Counted from the stretch's first letter, positions 16,890 through 25,421 are shown. The stretch: 34,786 nucleotides of DNA from Candidatus Roizmanbacteria bacterium CG_4_9_14_0_2_um_filter_39_13 (GCA_002788865.1 PFSC01000156.1:1-34786); one strand, 5' to 3'. Made by a program: numbers and translations. Notes: generated from the sequence alone by a model not told the origin.

Positions 16890-19352
16890 TTAGTTTATCT
16901 TCTCTTTCTTGAGTGTCAAATGACGTCGTCTATCTTCAAAGACTTTCTTTTTTGTGGGAAATGTAAGTGCGGCTTGAATCACGTCATCTATATGTTTTGC
17001 AAAGACAAAGTTCAGGTCTTTTTTGACTTTATCAGGAATATCGACCAAATCTTTCTTATTCTCCTCAGGAATAATTACCGTTTTTATCTTTGCTCTGTGA
17101 GCTGCTATGATTTTTTCTTTGAGCCCTCCTATCTCTGTCACCCTTCCCCGAAGTGTGATCTCGCCGGTCATCGCTACATCATGCTTCACTGGAATACCTG
17201 TGAGTGATGAAATCATTGAAGTGACAATTGATACTCCAGCCGAAGGTCCATCTTTTGGGACAGCACCTTCTGGAACATGGACATGGATATCCATATCCAT
17301 GTAAAATTTTTCTTCAAGTTTAAACATATCCCATCGAGCTCGAATATAGGTGAGCGCCGCTTGACAGGATTCTTTCATGACGTCACCGAGATTTCCTGTG
17401 AGCGTCAATGATCCTTTTCCAGGCATATTTGCAACTTCAACGAATAGGATAACCCCGCCTACTTGCGTCCATGCAAGACCAGTTGTAATACCCACAGAAT
17501 CTTTTTCTTCGATCAATGAATCTGAATACTTATATTGACCAAGATATTTTTGAACATCGGTTTGTCCGATAGCTTTTCCTTTTCCTTTGATTTTTCCTTC
17601 AACAATATCACGAGCAACTTTTCGAAGAACAGTTGCGATTTGTCTCTCAAGTTCGCGCACTCCTGCCTCTCGAGAATATCTGCGAATGACTGTTTGAAGT
17701 GCACCATCAGTGATGGATATTCTTTTTTCTGGTATATAGTGCGCTCTCACCTGCTTTGGAATTAGGTAGTTTTTGGCAATATTGAATTTTTCTTCTTCTG
17801 TATACCCTACGAAATGAATGATCTCCAATCGATCACGAAGTGCGTCAGGAATAGTATCAAGGACATTTGCAGTTGTGATAAAAAATACATCAGACATATC
17901 AAAGGGAACCTCGAGATAATGATCCGAGAAGGCATGATTTTGCTCTGGATCCAATGCTTCAAGGAGTGCGGCAGATGGATCTCCACGATAATCGCTACCA
18001 ATTTTGTCGATCTCATCAAGCATGAACACTGGATTATTTGTGCCTGCTTGCTTTATACCTTGGATCATCCGTCCTGGAAGTGCTCCTACATATGTACGTC
18101 TGTGACCACGAATTTCTGCTTCATCTCGAATTCCTCCGAGCGATATTTTCACAAACTCTTTTCCTTGTGCTCGTGCGATAGATTTTCCCAATGAAGTTTT
18201 CCCAACTCCGGGAGGCCCAACAAAACAGAGAATTGAAGGCTGAGTTTCATGTTTTTTTGAAGGTCTCTTATCTTCTGGTTTTTTTTTCTGGGCTGCTTTT
18301 TCCTCTTCATCTTGGATGTCTTTGAGCTTCATTACTGCAAGAAATTCGATGATTCGCTCTTTCACTTTCTTCAGACCAAAATGATCCTCATCAAGAATTT
18401 TCTGTGCAAGTTTTATGTCTATATTTTGTTTTGATGCCACTTCCCATGGTATCTCAACCAACCAATCAAGATATGACCGGATATATGATGCTTCTGGATT
18501 GTACTGAGACATCTGCGTAAGACGTTTGAGTTCTTTTACTGCTTTTTTCTGCACATCTTCAGGCATCGCCGCATCTTTGATCTTTTTTTTATATTCATTT
18601 ACTTCGACATTGTCGCCCTTGTCTCCAAGCTCTTCTTCGATTGTCTTCATCTTTTCCCGGAGGAATGTCTCTCTCATGTTTTTTTCAAATTTCTTGTGTG
18701 TTTTATTTGAAATATTGTGTTCAAGCTCGAGAACTTTGATTTCCTTGTTGATATATTCAACTTCATTTTGAAGTCTTTTTAAAAGGTCTGTTTCTTCGAG
18801 AAGTTGTTGCCTTTCAGCTGTCTTTATATCTACGATCATCGCCACTTGATTTGAAAAATTGTGTGATGATTGGATATTGAGAATATTCATCAAGAATACA
18901 AAATCGATCGTTTTTCCGAGATTTATCGCTTTTTTTACCTGACCTGAGATATATTTAACTACTGCAAGTATTTCTTCGGTTTCCTGTGAAGATTCTAAAA
19001 TTTCCGAGACCGATGCCGAAAAGTATGGCTCTGTCTGCGTGTATGAGTCGATATGAACTTTATACAATCCTTTGACAAGTGCATTTATCTGCCCTTTGTC
19101 TCCCGTTGCGATTTTGTCTATCTGAGCAACCACGCCAATATCATACAAATCAGATGTCTTTGGGTCATCGAGATCCACCTTTTTTTGCATTACAAGGACC
19201 ACCTTCTTTTCTTCTTTCATTGCTTGTTTCATTGCTAAGACACTTTTGTCTCGACCGAAAACAAGTACGTTTTCTGCGGACGGGAATACTATGCCATCAC
19301 GTATCGTCACAACAGGATAAAGTTGATCATTGCTTTGTATATTTTCAGACAT
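16890..19352 (-). CDS. lon: ATP-dependent protease Lon
   Basis: 820 aa. LON N-domain (YPVVTIRDGIVFP), AAA+ Walker A GPPGVGKTSLGKSIA, and S16 protease PKDGPSAG with a downstream K. Confidence 0.95.
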   Translation of the reverse strand: MSENIQSNDQLYPVVTIRDGIVFPSAENVLVFGRDKSVLAMKQAMKEEKKVVLVMQKKVDLDDPKTSDLYDIGVVAQIDKIATGDKGQINALVKGLYKVHIDSYTQTEPYFSASVSEILESSQETEEILAVVKYISGQVKKAINLGKTIDFVFLMNILNIQSSHNFSNQVAMIVDIKTAERQQLLEETDLLKRLQNEVEYINKEIKVLELEHNISNKTHKKFEKNMRETFLREKMKTIEEELGDKGDNVEVNEYKKKIKDAAMPEDVQKKAVKELKRLTQMSQYNPEASYIRSYLDWLVEIPWEVASKQNIDIKLAQKILDEDHFGLKKVKERIIEFLAVMKLKDIQDEEEKAAQKKKPEDKRPSKKHETQPSILCFVGPPGVGKTSLGKSIARAQGKEFVKISLGGIRDEAEIRGHRRTYVGALPGRMIQGIKQAGTNNPVFMLDEIDKIGSDYRGDPSAALLEALDPEQNHAFSDHYLEVPFDMSDVFFITTANVLDTIPDALRDRLEIIHFVGYTEEEKFNIAKNYLIPKQVRAHYIPEKRISITDGALQTVIRRYSREAGVRELERQIATVLRKVARDIVEGKIKGKGKAIGQTDVQKYLGQYKYSDSLIEEKDSVGITTGLAWTQVGGVILFVEVANMPGKGSLTLTGNLGDVMKESCQAALTYIRARWDMFKLEEKFYMDMDIHVHVPEGAVPKDGPSAGVSIVTSMISSLTGIPVKHDVAMTGEITLRGRVTEIGGLKEKIIAAHRAKIKTVIIPEENKKDLVDIPDKVKKDLNFVFAKHIDDVIQAALTFPTKKKVFEDRRRHLTLKKEKIN

Positions 19353-19360
19353 ATCTTAGC

Positions 19361-19389
19361 AGTATATTAAATTGATTGCTAAAAGTCAA
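19361..19389 (-). promoter_or_regulatory. sigma70-type promoter of lon, probably producing a (near) leaderless mRNA
   Basis: The minus strand reads TTGACT - 17 nt - TATACT - gctaagat - ATG. Only 8 nt separate the -10 box from the start codon, and there is no SD. Confidence 0.5.
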
Positions 19390-19413
19390 GATGTGAGGTT
19401 GAGCACACTTTTT

Positions 19414-20259
19414 CTACACAAATGACGAGGTGAACGGAGCAAAATCGGTAAATTGTGCGCGCTTGACAAGTGGAGCTTCAAGTTGAGAAATCTGCTCATG
19501 ATACGCAGGCCTTTCTTCTTTGTACAAAATACCTAAAGGAAATTTTTCTTCATCAACTTCCATACTTTCTGCTATTGCAATTTTTTTATCATTTTGGACA
19601 TAATCTTCGGGAAGCTTATATGCGTGTTTTAAATAGTATTGATATGTGTTGACTTTATTAAAAGTAACACATGGCTGAAGGATATTTACCAGTGAAAAAC
19701 CTTTATGTGTTATAGCCGCTTTCAAAATCTCTATGAGCGATCTTGCATCCCCAGCAAAGCCTTGAGAGACAAACGTGGCGCCTTGAGAAATGGCTAGTGC
19801 GAGCGGGTTTACTGGAACTTCGATGATTCCCTGAGGAGTTGATTTGGATTTATACCCTTGTTTTGCTGTTGGCGCAACCTGCCCAGTGGTAAGTCCATAC
19901 ACCATATTGTCGTGAACAATCACGGTGATGTCATGATTTCCTCTGCATGCATGCAGAAAATGATTCCCACCTTCTCCATAAATTCCCCCGTCACCCCCCA
20001 CAACGATGGTATTCATTTCGTGATTTGCGGTTTTCATCCCGACAGCTGTTGGGATAGAGCGTCCATGAAGGCCATGTGTGGCATATCCATTTATGAAATC
20101 ATTCATGTTCCCCGAACAGCCAATGTCAAACGACATGAATATCGTCGAAGGATCATATCCAAGCTGCTCAAGCGCTGACTTTATTCCCACTCGGATTCCC
20201 CAATCACCACACCCTGGGCACCATGTTGGTGCATATCCATCAAATCCTATATTGTCCAT
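19414..20259 (-). CDS. 2-oxoacid:ferredoxin oxidoreductase, beta (TPP-binding) subunit
   Basis: WCPGCGDWGI, GGDGG..GEGGNH and a TPP-binding fold. I use the ATG at 20259 because it is preceded by AAGGAGaatatat. The longer ORF start (20277) is the ATGAC of a repeat unit. Confidence 0.85.
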   Translation of the reverse strand: MDNIGFDGYAPTWCPGCGDWGIRVGIKSALEQLGYDPSTIFMSFDIGCSGNMNDFINGYATHGLHGRSIPTAVGMKTANHEMNTIVVGGDGGIYGEGGNHFLHACRGNHDITVIVHDNMVYGLTTGQVAPTAKQGYKSKSTPQGIIEVPVNPLALAISQGATFVSQGFAGDARSLIEILKAAITHKGFSLVNILQPCVTFNKVNTYQYYLKHAYKLPEDYVQNDKKIAIAESMEVDEEKFPLGILYKEERPAYHEQISQLEAPLVKRAQFTDFAPFTSSFV

Positions 20260-20272
20260 ATATATTCTCCTT

Positions 20273-20356
20273 GTCATTCTGATCCGCCAGTTGGCGGAGA
20301 AGAATCCATGTTTTTATATTTTCAATGCATGGATCCTTCGTTTCACTCAGGATGAC
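20273..20356. repeat. GTCAT-hairpin repeat pair (cluster B), between the oxidoreductase alpha and beta genes
   Basis: Forward unit gtcATTCTgaTCCGCCAgtTGGCGGAgaAGAATccatg (20273-20310). Reverse unit catggATCCTtcgtttcactcAGGATgac (20328-20356). Confidence 0.85.
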
Positions 20357-20372
20357 TGCTATAATTTGTAAT

Positions 20373-22223
20373 TTACGCCATTTTTTGAGCTAGCTTGTTC
20401 ATGATATCTTCTTCACTTGTTTCATTTTCACTACTTACCTGACTTTGAGAATCCGACTTTGATTCTTGAATTTTCATCTCTGCCTTTTCACTATTCAAAT
20501 TCTGTTTTTTTCCGATGATAAAATCTCGAACTTCTTCTGGCCAGATTGGTCTACCGTCATATTTTAGAAATGTTTCTTTTATAGAGATTCCCGTTTGCAT
20601 CCTCAGAAGTTGGCCAAACTGTGCTTGGGAGTTGTTTTCAATAAGTATAATTCGCTTCCCTTCGCACTGTGCAAAGAGCTGTTTTATTGGCTCTTCGGGT
20701 ATTGGATATACATGAGTAAAGTGGATATAGGCAGTTTTTTTATCGTCAAGCAATTTCTGCGCTTCAAGAATCGAACCCTTTCCTGACCCCCAGGATACAA
20801 ATACGATCTCGGACTCTGTGAGATCGCCGAAAATCTTTGGCAGCTCAAAGTCATTCTTGAAGTATGTTTGAATTTTTGCATTCCGCTTGTTGACCTGTTG
20901 AACGCGCATTCCGACATCTTCAGTAGTATGCGAATCTTCCACATGCTCATATGAATTTGCCTGATAGTAGACTCCTTTTTTCCCAGGAACAAGCATTTCT
21001 GAGACTCCATCATTTTCAAGTTTGTACCGTAAATACGGCGACTCTTTTGTGTCTGATACAATTTTTCCTTTTCGTATTTTATGATTTTGAAGCAGGTGAT
21101 CGATTGTTTCCTTGTCTGGCGAAATATGTGATTCTGACAAGAATTTATCAGACATCACAATAACTGGAGTTTGATACACATCTGCAAGATCAAATGCTTT
21201 CATAGTAAGCTCTATCATCTCTTCCGAATCTCCTGGAGCAAGCACCATTTTCGGAAACTCTCCGTGACCCGCATGTACTCCAAAAAGAAGGTCACCTTGC
21301 TCGGTCCAGGTAGGGATGCCTGTCGCAGGTCCTGGCCTCATCGCAAGAAGAATTACCAAAGGAATTTCTGCTATTCCTGCGTAAGAAATTGCTTCTGTCA
21401 TGAGAGCAAATCCTCCACCTGATGTTCCTACCGAAGCACGAACGCCTGCAAATGAAGCGCCAAGTGCCGAATTTATCGCAGAAAGCTCATCTTCAGGATG
21501 GCGAACAACCATTTGATTTGTTGTTTGCCAGGCTGCCAAAGTAGTCAGAACCGAAGATGCGGGAGTCATTGGGTAGGATGCGTAATATCTACAATCAGCA
21601 GCCATAGCACCCAAACAATATGCTTCATTCCCAGCTATTACCATTTTTTGCTTAACTACATCCTTTTTTTTCAGAATATCAAGTTTGAGTAGTGTCGATT
21701 TCATTGCCTCGTCATACCCTATTTTTGCAAGTCGTAGATTGAAATTCACGACATCTTCTCCTTTTCGGTCAAACTGCTGATGAATGAGCTGCTCAAATAC
21801 ATTTAAATCACCTCCAAGAAGTGCAATACTCGCGGCAACGGCGATCGTATTCACCATCATCTGGTCGATTTTCTCTGTTTTCTTGATCTGAGTAAAACCA
21901 ATGGGGATTTGTATACAGGGAATATCGGGAGAAAACATCTCCGGATCGAATACTACCATACTCTTGTCAGTCAAGCGATACTTGTGCAAATTGAACGTCT
22001 CTTTATTCAAACAGACAAGAAGATCGATATCCCATTTTGGGGCGGTAAGCGTATCTTCTGATACTAAAACTTCGTATGTGTTGTGACCTCCTCGGATGAG
22101 CGAGGGATACTCTGCATAATCAAAAATATTGTATCCTGATCTCGTTGCAATCTTAGCAAATGCCAATCCTGAGGTCATAATGCCAAATCCTGCCTCGCCA
22201 CCAATTTTCCAGTTAAATTGCAT
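20373..22223 (-). CDS. 2-oxoacid:ferredoxin oxidoreductase, fused gamma-alpha subunit
   Basis: FNWKIGGEAGFGIMTSG (gamma domain), then an alpha domain (GNEAYCLGAMAADCRYYASYPMTPAS). There is a Ser/Glu-rich C-terminal tail of about 45 aa. ATG at 22223 is preferred over the upstream GTG at 22256. Confidence 0.85.
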   Translation of the reverse strand: MQFNWKIGGEAGFGIMTSGLAFAKIATRSGYNIFDYAEYPSLIRGGHNTYEVLVSEDTLTAPKWDIDLLVCLNKETFNLHKYRLTDKSMVVFDPEMFSPDIPCIQIPIGFTQIKKTEKIDQMMVNTIAVAASIALLGGDLNVFEQLIHQQFDRKGEDVVNFNLRLAKIGYDEAMKSTLLKLDILKKKDVVKQKMVIAGNEAYCLGAMAADCRYYASYPMTPASSVLTTLAAWQTTNQMVVRHPEDELSAINSALGASFAGVRASVGTSGGGFALMTEAISYAGIAEIPLVILLAMRPGPATGIPTWTEQGDLLFGVHAGHGEFPKMVLAPGDSEEMIELTMKAFDLADVYQTPVIVMSDKFLSESHISPDKETIDHLLQNHKIRKGKIVSDTKESPYLRYKLENDGVSEMLVPGKKGVYYQANSYEHVEDSHTTEDVGMRVQQVNKRNAKIQTYFKNDFELPKIFGDLTESEIVFVSWGSGKGSILEAQKLLDDKKTAYIHFTHVYPIPEEPIKQLFAQCEGKRIILIENNSQAQFGQLLRMQTGISIKETFLKYDGRPIWPEEVRDFIIGKKQNLNSEKAEMKIQESKSDSQSQVSSENETSEEDIMNKLAQKMA

Positions 22224-22265
22224 ATATGTGTTTATATTACATGGTAATTGTTGCACGGTGCAATG

Positions 22266-22475
22266 TCATTTTGCATAGCTTTCAAGAAAGCCACAGGATT
22301 TACAACGAAATGTAACTACTTTCGTATCATGATAATCCTCAGGCGTTGCTTTTCTGATTATTTTCTGCCCACTCTTCTTCCACGTTCCCTTTTGATCCCA
22401 CATTAGATTTAAGTAATCTGGAATAAACCCTTCCTCCATCCCTCCCTCACACTTCGGACATTTTTTTGTTTCCAT
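22266..22475 (-). CDS. small zinc-ribbon protein
   Basis: 69 aa with two CxxC pairs (CPKCEGG ... CKSCGF). No function recognisable. Confidence 0.55.
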   Translation of the reverse strand: METKKCPKCEGGMEEGFIPDYLNLMWDQKGTWKKSGQKIIRKATPEDYHDTKVVTFRCKSCGFLESYAK

Positions 22476-22517
22476 ATCTATAAATAAAAATGATAATTAT
22501 GCAATCCTCCATACAAT

Positions 22518-22621
22518 CTCCCTTTTGAAGGGAGCCCTCCGACGGTACGTCGGTGGAAGGGATGTACTCTTTGTTTTAAATAACATCCCCTGCCTTACAG
22601 GCACCCCCTTCCTGAAGGGGG
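22518..22621. other. GC-rich block of five consecutive hairpins (candidate structured RNA or novel repeat)
   Basis: The five hairpins are:
- CTCCCTT-ttg-AAGGGAG (22518-22534)
- CCGACG-gta-CGTCGG (22539-22553)
- GGGATGT-17 nt-ACATCCC (22559-22589)
- TGCC-ttaca-GGCA (22591-22603)
- CCCCCTT-cctg-AAGGGGG (22604-22621). Confidence 0.45.
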
Positions 22622-22633
22622 ATCTCGATATTT

Positions 22634-22789
22634 TCAGTCGTAACAACAGGGATCTTTGTAACCACAATTTGCACAGGTGGCATCCCGTCCCCCAGGCATT
22701 CCCTTGATCGTAAGCATGCCACACTCGGGACAGGGTCTCACATGAGATTTGTTGTCATCAGGTGTAGTCGAGGTTTTGTCAGAAATCAT
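22634..22789 (-). CDS. mini zinc-ribbon protein (51 aa)
   Basis: MISDKTSTTPDDNKSHVRPCPECGMLTIKGMPGGRDATCANCGYKDPCCYD has two CxxC pairs. The internal ATG at 22789 is chosen because the 80-aa form would overlap the ferredoxin gene by 77 nt. Confidence 0.45.
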   Translation of the reverse strand: MISDKTSTTPDDNKSHVRPCPECGMLTIKGMPGGRDATCANCGYKDPCCYD

Positions 22790-22799
22790 TGTAAGAAAA

Positions 22800-23078
22800 T
22801 TACTGAGGAAAAATCTTATTTCCGGCAGTATCTTCAATGATAATTGCAGCAGTTGGGCAAGCACGAGCACCATCAATTATTGCTTCGTTGGTGTCGTTTT
22901 CAGCAGTATCAAGAATGATAGCTTTTGCCTCTGAATCCATGACAAAGGTGTTTGGAGCAATCGCAACACAGGTTGCTGCGCCAATGCATAAATCGCGATC
23001 AACATGGAATTTCAAATCACGGACGGTGACCGGACCTGAAGGGCTTGATGGATTTTTTAAATTTTGATCGTCAGACAT
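22800..23078 (-). CDS. ferredoxin (single-cluster Fe-S type)
   Basis: 92 aa. The pattern DRDLCIGAATCVAIAPNTF ... ARACPTAAI matches small 3Fe/4Fe ferredoxins. It lies 9 nt downstream of sufU and near the oxidoreductase genes. Confidence 0.75.
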   Translation of the reverse strand: MSDDQNLKNPSSPSGPVTVRDLKFHVDRDLCIGAATCVAIAPNTFVMDSEAKAIILDTAENDTNEAIIDGARACPTAAIIIEDTAGNKIFPQ

Positions 23079-23087
23079 ATAAAAATA

Positions 23088-23444
23088 TTAAATTAGTAAT
23101 TTTCTTAAACCCTCCCAACTTAAAAGCGCACATTTCATTCGGTTGGGAGTAAGTTCTATGTTCAATAATCCTAACACATCATTGACACTTATTTCTAGTA
23201 GCTCTATTTTAGTTTTTCCTTTTGCATGTTCGGTAAGCATTGATGCTGACGCAATTGAGATTGCACAACCCTCACCGGTAAAACCAATTTCCTCAATGAC
23301 GCCATCTTTTTCACGAATTTCCATGTGGATCTTGTCCCCACACAACGGATTATCAAGATCAACTTTTGAAGTTGCTCCTTTTATCGAAGAATTGTTTCGA
23401 GGATTTTGGTAATGATCCAATATCATCTCAGCATAGATACTCAT
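23088..23444 (-). CDS. sufU: SufU/IscU-type Fe-S cluster scaffold / sulfur acceptor
   Basis: 118 aa. ILDHYQNPRN, NPLCGD and FTGEGCAISIASASM motifs. Confidence 0.85.
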   Translation of the reverse strand: MSIYAEMILDHYQNPRNNSSIKGATSKVDLDNPLCGDKIHMEIREKDGVIEEIGFTGEGCAISIASASMLTEHAKGKTKIELLEISVNDVLGLLNIELTPNRMKCALLSWEGLRKLLI

Positions 23445-23458
23445 ATTAAGTTTTTTTG

Positions 23459-24022
23459 TTAATTTATAGATTCATTCTTGTTAACAACAAACGGTGTTTT
23501 TAAATCTGCATTTACCATATGATTTCTATCTTTTTCTATATCCCATTTGATTGGATTATTTCTTATATATTCACGAATGTGAAATAATGATTTTTCGTTG
23601 CGGATAACGTGATCGTAAAATGATCGTTGCCATGCAAAATTTTCTAATCCATTTTGATGAATTATTTTTGATGATGTCGTTTTAAATGCCCCAATCAATT
23701 GCGATAATGGTTTTATTATTACCATACCCACCGTAGGGACAGGTCGCGACCTGTCCCTACCACGATCAATAACCAGAATCCCATGCATATGATTGGGCAT
23801 CACCACAAATTTGTCCAACATAATATATTCGTATTGATTGGACAACCATAACCACTGGTTTTCCACAATTTTCCCATAATCATTCAGTATCATTTCTCCA
23901 TTTTTTATTTTACCGAAAAATTCTTCCCGATCATTGATACAAATGGTGACAAAATAATACCCATTTTGAGAATAATCAAAATTCTTCAATCTATTTGATT
24001 TGCGGCGTATGAGATTCTTCAT
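23459..24022 (-). CDS. REP-associated tyrosine transposase (RAYT, IS200-like Y1 HUH family)
   Basis: 187 aa. YYFVTICINDREEFFG, HUH motif MPNHMHGILVI, and WQRSFYDHVIRNEKSLFHIREYIRNNPIKW with the catalytic-Tyr region. It is inserted between sufS and sufU. Confidence 0.8.
   Translation of the reverse strand: MKNLIRRKSNRLKNFDYSQNGYYFVTICINDREEFFGKIKNGEMILNDYGKIVENQWLWLSNQYEYIMLDKFVVMPNHMHGILVIDRGRDRSRPVPTVGMVIIKPLSQLIGAFKTTSSKIIHQNGLENFAWQRSFYDHVIRNEKSLFHIREYIRNNPIKWDIEKDRNHMVNADLKTPFVVNKNESIN
23733..23760. repeat. 28-bp perfect palindrome GTAGGGACAGGTCGCGACCTGTCCCTAC, copy inside the RAYT CDS
   Basis: Perfectly self-complementary. It is read in frame as (V)GRDRSRPVPT(V) just after the HUH motif, and is identical to 24058-24085. 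Confidence 0.95.
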
Positions 24023-24057
24023 GATTTGCCTATGGATGTATATGATTACATCGACAT

Positions 24058-24085
24058 GTAGGGACAGGTCGCGACCTGTCCCTAC
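24058..24085. repeat. 28-bp perfect palindrome, copy 36 nt upstream of the RAYT start
   Basis: Identical sequence gtagggacaggtcgcgacctgtccctac. It starts with GTAG, as classical REP elements do. Confidence 0.95.
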
Positions 24086-24122
24086 GCCTGCAATTGTAAA
24101 AATATTTCCTCAATCTGTTTTT

Positions 24123-25382
24123 CTATTTCCTCAATATCTCTCTCACTCTTTTTACTCCTTTGACCAACTTCTCCACATCTTCCTCATTATTGTAAATATA
24201 AAAACTTGTTCGAACTGTTGCAGGAATATTCAACCTTGAATGAAGGGGCATTGTACAGTGATGACCTGCTCGTACCGCAATATTATTTTCATCCAGAATT
24301 TGTGCGATATCATGGGGATGAATTCCCTTCAAATTGAAAGAAATAATCCCAGCCATAAACTCAATATGTCGAGGTCCGTACATCACTATTTCATCAGAAA
24401 ATTCTTCGTTCAATCTCCTTGCCGCATACATCGCCAACTGTTTCTCATGATTTCTGATCGTATCAAAACCAAGATTTTCCAAGTATGCAATAGCTTCCTT
24501 CAACGCAATTACTCCAGAAATATTGGGTGTTCCTGCCTCAAATTTATGAGGAACATCTGCAAATGTAGTTTCCTCAATTGACACGTTTCGGATCATATCT
24601 CCACCATATTGATATGGCGGCATTTTTTCCAGAAGATCATACTTTCCCCACAAAACTCCAACTCCGGTTGGACCCAGCATTTTATGGGAAGAAAATGCAA
24701 GAAAATCACACCCCAAGTCATGCACATCAATTTTTAAATGCGGAACTGCTTGTGCAGCGTCAACAATAGTGATAATATCTGGACTGACTTTTTTTGCTTC
24801 AGCAATAATTTCCTTTACTGGATTTATCGTTCCAAGAGTGTTGGATACCATGGAAACTGCAAGTATTTTTGTTTTTTTTGTCACGATCCCATCGAGACTA
24901 ATATTAAATATCGTATTTTCCCCCCGTCGATCTGATTTTTCCACAATTGAAAGCTCGTAATGATCATTGATACCAATCACCTTGAAATCAGCTCCGACAG
25001 TGAATGCCAACTGCTGCCACGGCACAAAATTAGCATGATGTTCCATGATCGTCACCACAACCTCATCTCCCTTACTCACGATTTCCTGTCCGAGCGTTGA
25101 TGCGACAAGATTGAGCGACTCCGTTGCATTCCGCGTGAAAACGATCTCTTCTGAGCGGTTTGCATTGATATATTTTGCAACGACGGCTCTGGTATCTTCG
25201 TATTCCTGCGATGCTCTTTCTGAAAGTTTATATATTCCACGATGGATGTTTGCAGAATACTGAGTATAGTACTCTGACATCTTGTCAATGACGGACTGTG
25301 GCTTGAGCGAAGTTGCTCCCGAATCTAGATACACCAACTCTGGATGGGCGCTAAAAATAGGAAAATCTTTTTTTACATTCAT
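24123..25382 (-). CDS. sufS: cysteine desulfurase SufS (class V aminotransferase)
   Basis: 419 aa. HHANFVPWQQLA, FSSHKMLGPTGVGVLWG (PLP lysine) and RAGHHCTMPL (catalytic Cys loop). Confidence 0.9.
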   Translation of the reverse strand: MNVKKDFPIFSAHPELVYLDSGATSLKPQSVIDKMSEYYTQYSANIHRGIYKLSERASQEYEDTRAVVAKYINANRSEEIVFTRNATESLNLVASTLGQEIVSKGDEVVVTIMEHHANFVPWQQLAFTVGADFKVIGINDHYELSIVEKSDRRGENTIFNISLDGIVTKKTKILAVSMVSNTLGTINPVKEIIAEAKKVSPDIITIVDAAQAVPHLKIDVHDLGCDFLAFSSHKMLGPTGVGVLWGKYDLLEKMPPYQYGGDMIRNVSIEETTFADVPHKFEAGTPNISGVIALKEAIAYLENLGFDTIRNHEKQLAMYAARRLNEEFSDEIVMYGPRHIEFMAGIISFNLKGIHPHDIAQILDENNIAVRAGHHCTMPLHSRLNIPATVRTSFYIYNNEEDVEKLVKGVKRVREILRK

Positions 25383-25391
25383 TGTACAGAT

Positions 25392-25416
25392 ATTATAACT
25401 GACTCCTTGTTATAAT
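25392..25416. promoter_or_regulatory. divergent sufS / sufC -10 boxes close to both start codons
   Basis: On the plus strand, TGtTATAAT (25408-25416) lies 5 nt before the sufC ATG (25422). On the minus strand, TATAAT (25392-25397) lies 9 nt before the sufS ATG (25382). Neither gene has a correctly spaced SD. Confidence 0.4.
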
Positions 25417-25421
25417 TGAAT

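Noticed and set aside
20260-20277. Six-codon N-terminal extension of the oxidoreductase beta subunit
   Set aside because: The upstream ATG is the ATGAC complement of a repeat terminus. The ATG at 20259 has a perfect AAGGAG at the proper spacing.
22497-22724. 75-aa ORF covering the five-hairpin block
   Set aside because: Its sequence is dictated by the palindromic GC-rich hairpins, and it overlaps the better-supported 51-aa zinc-ribbon ORF. It is more likely non-coding structure.
22634-22876. Full 80-aa version of the zinc-ribbon ORF
   Set aside because: It would overlap the ferredoxin gene by 77 nt, and its N-terminal 29 residues are hydrophobic filler read antisense-frame through the fdx 3' end. 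The internal ATG at 22789 is preferred.
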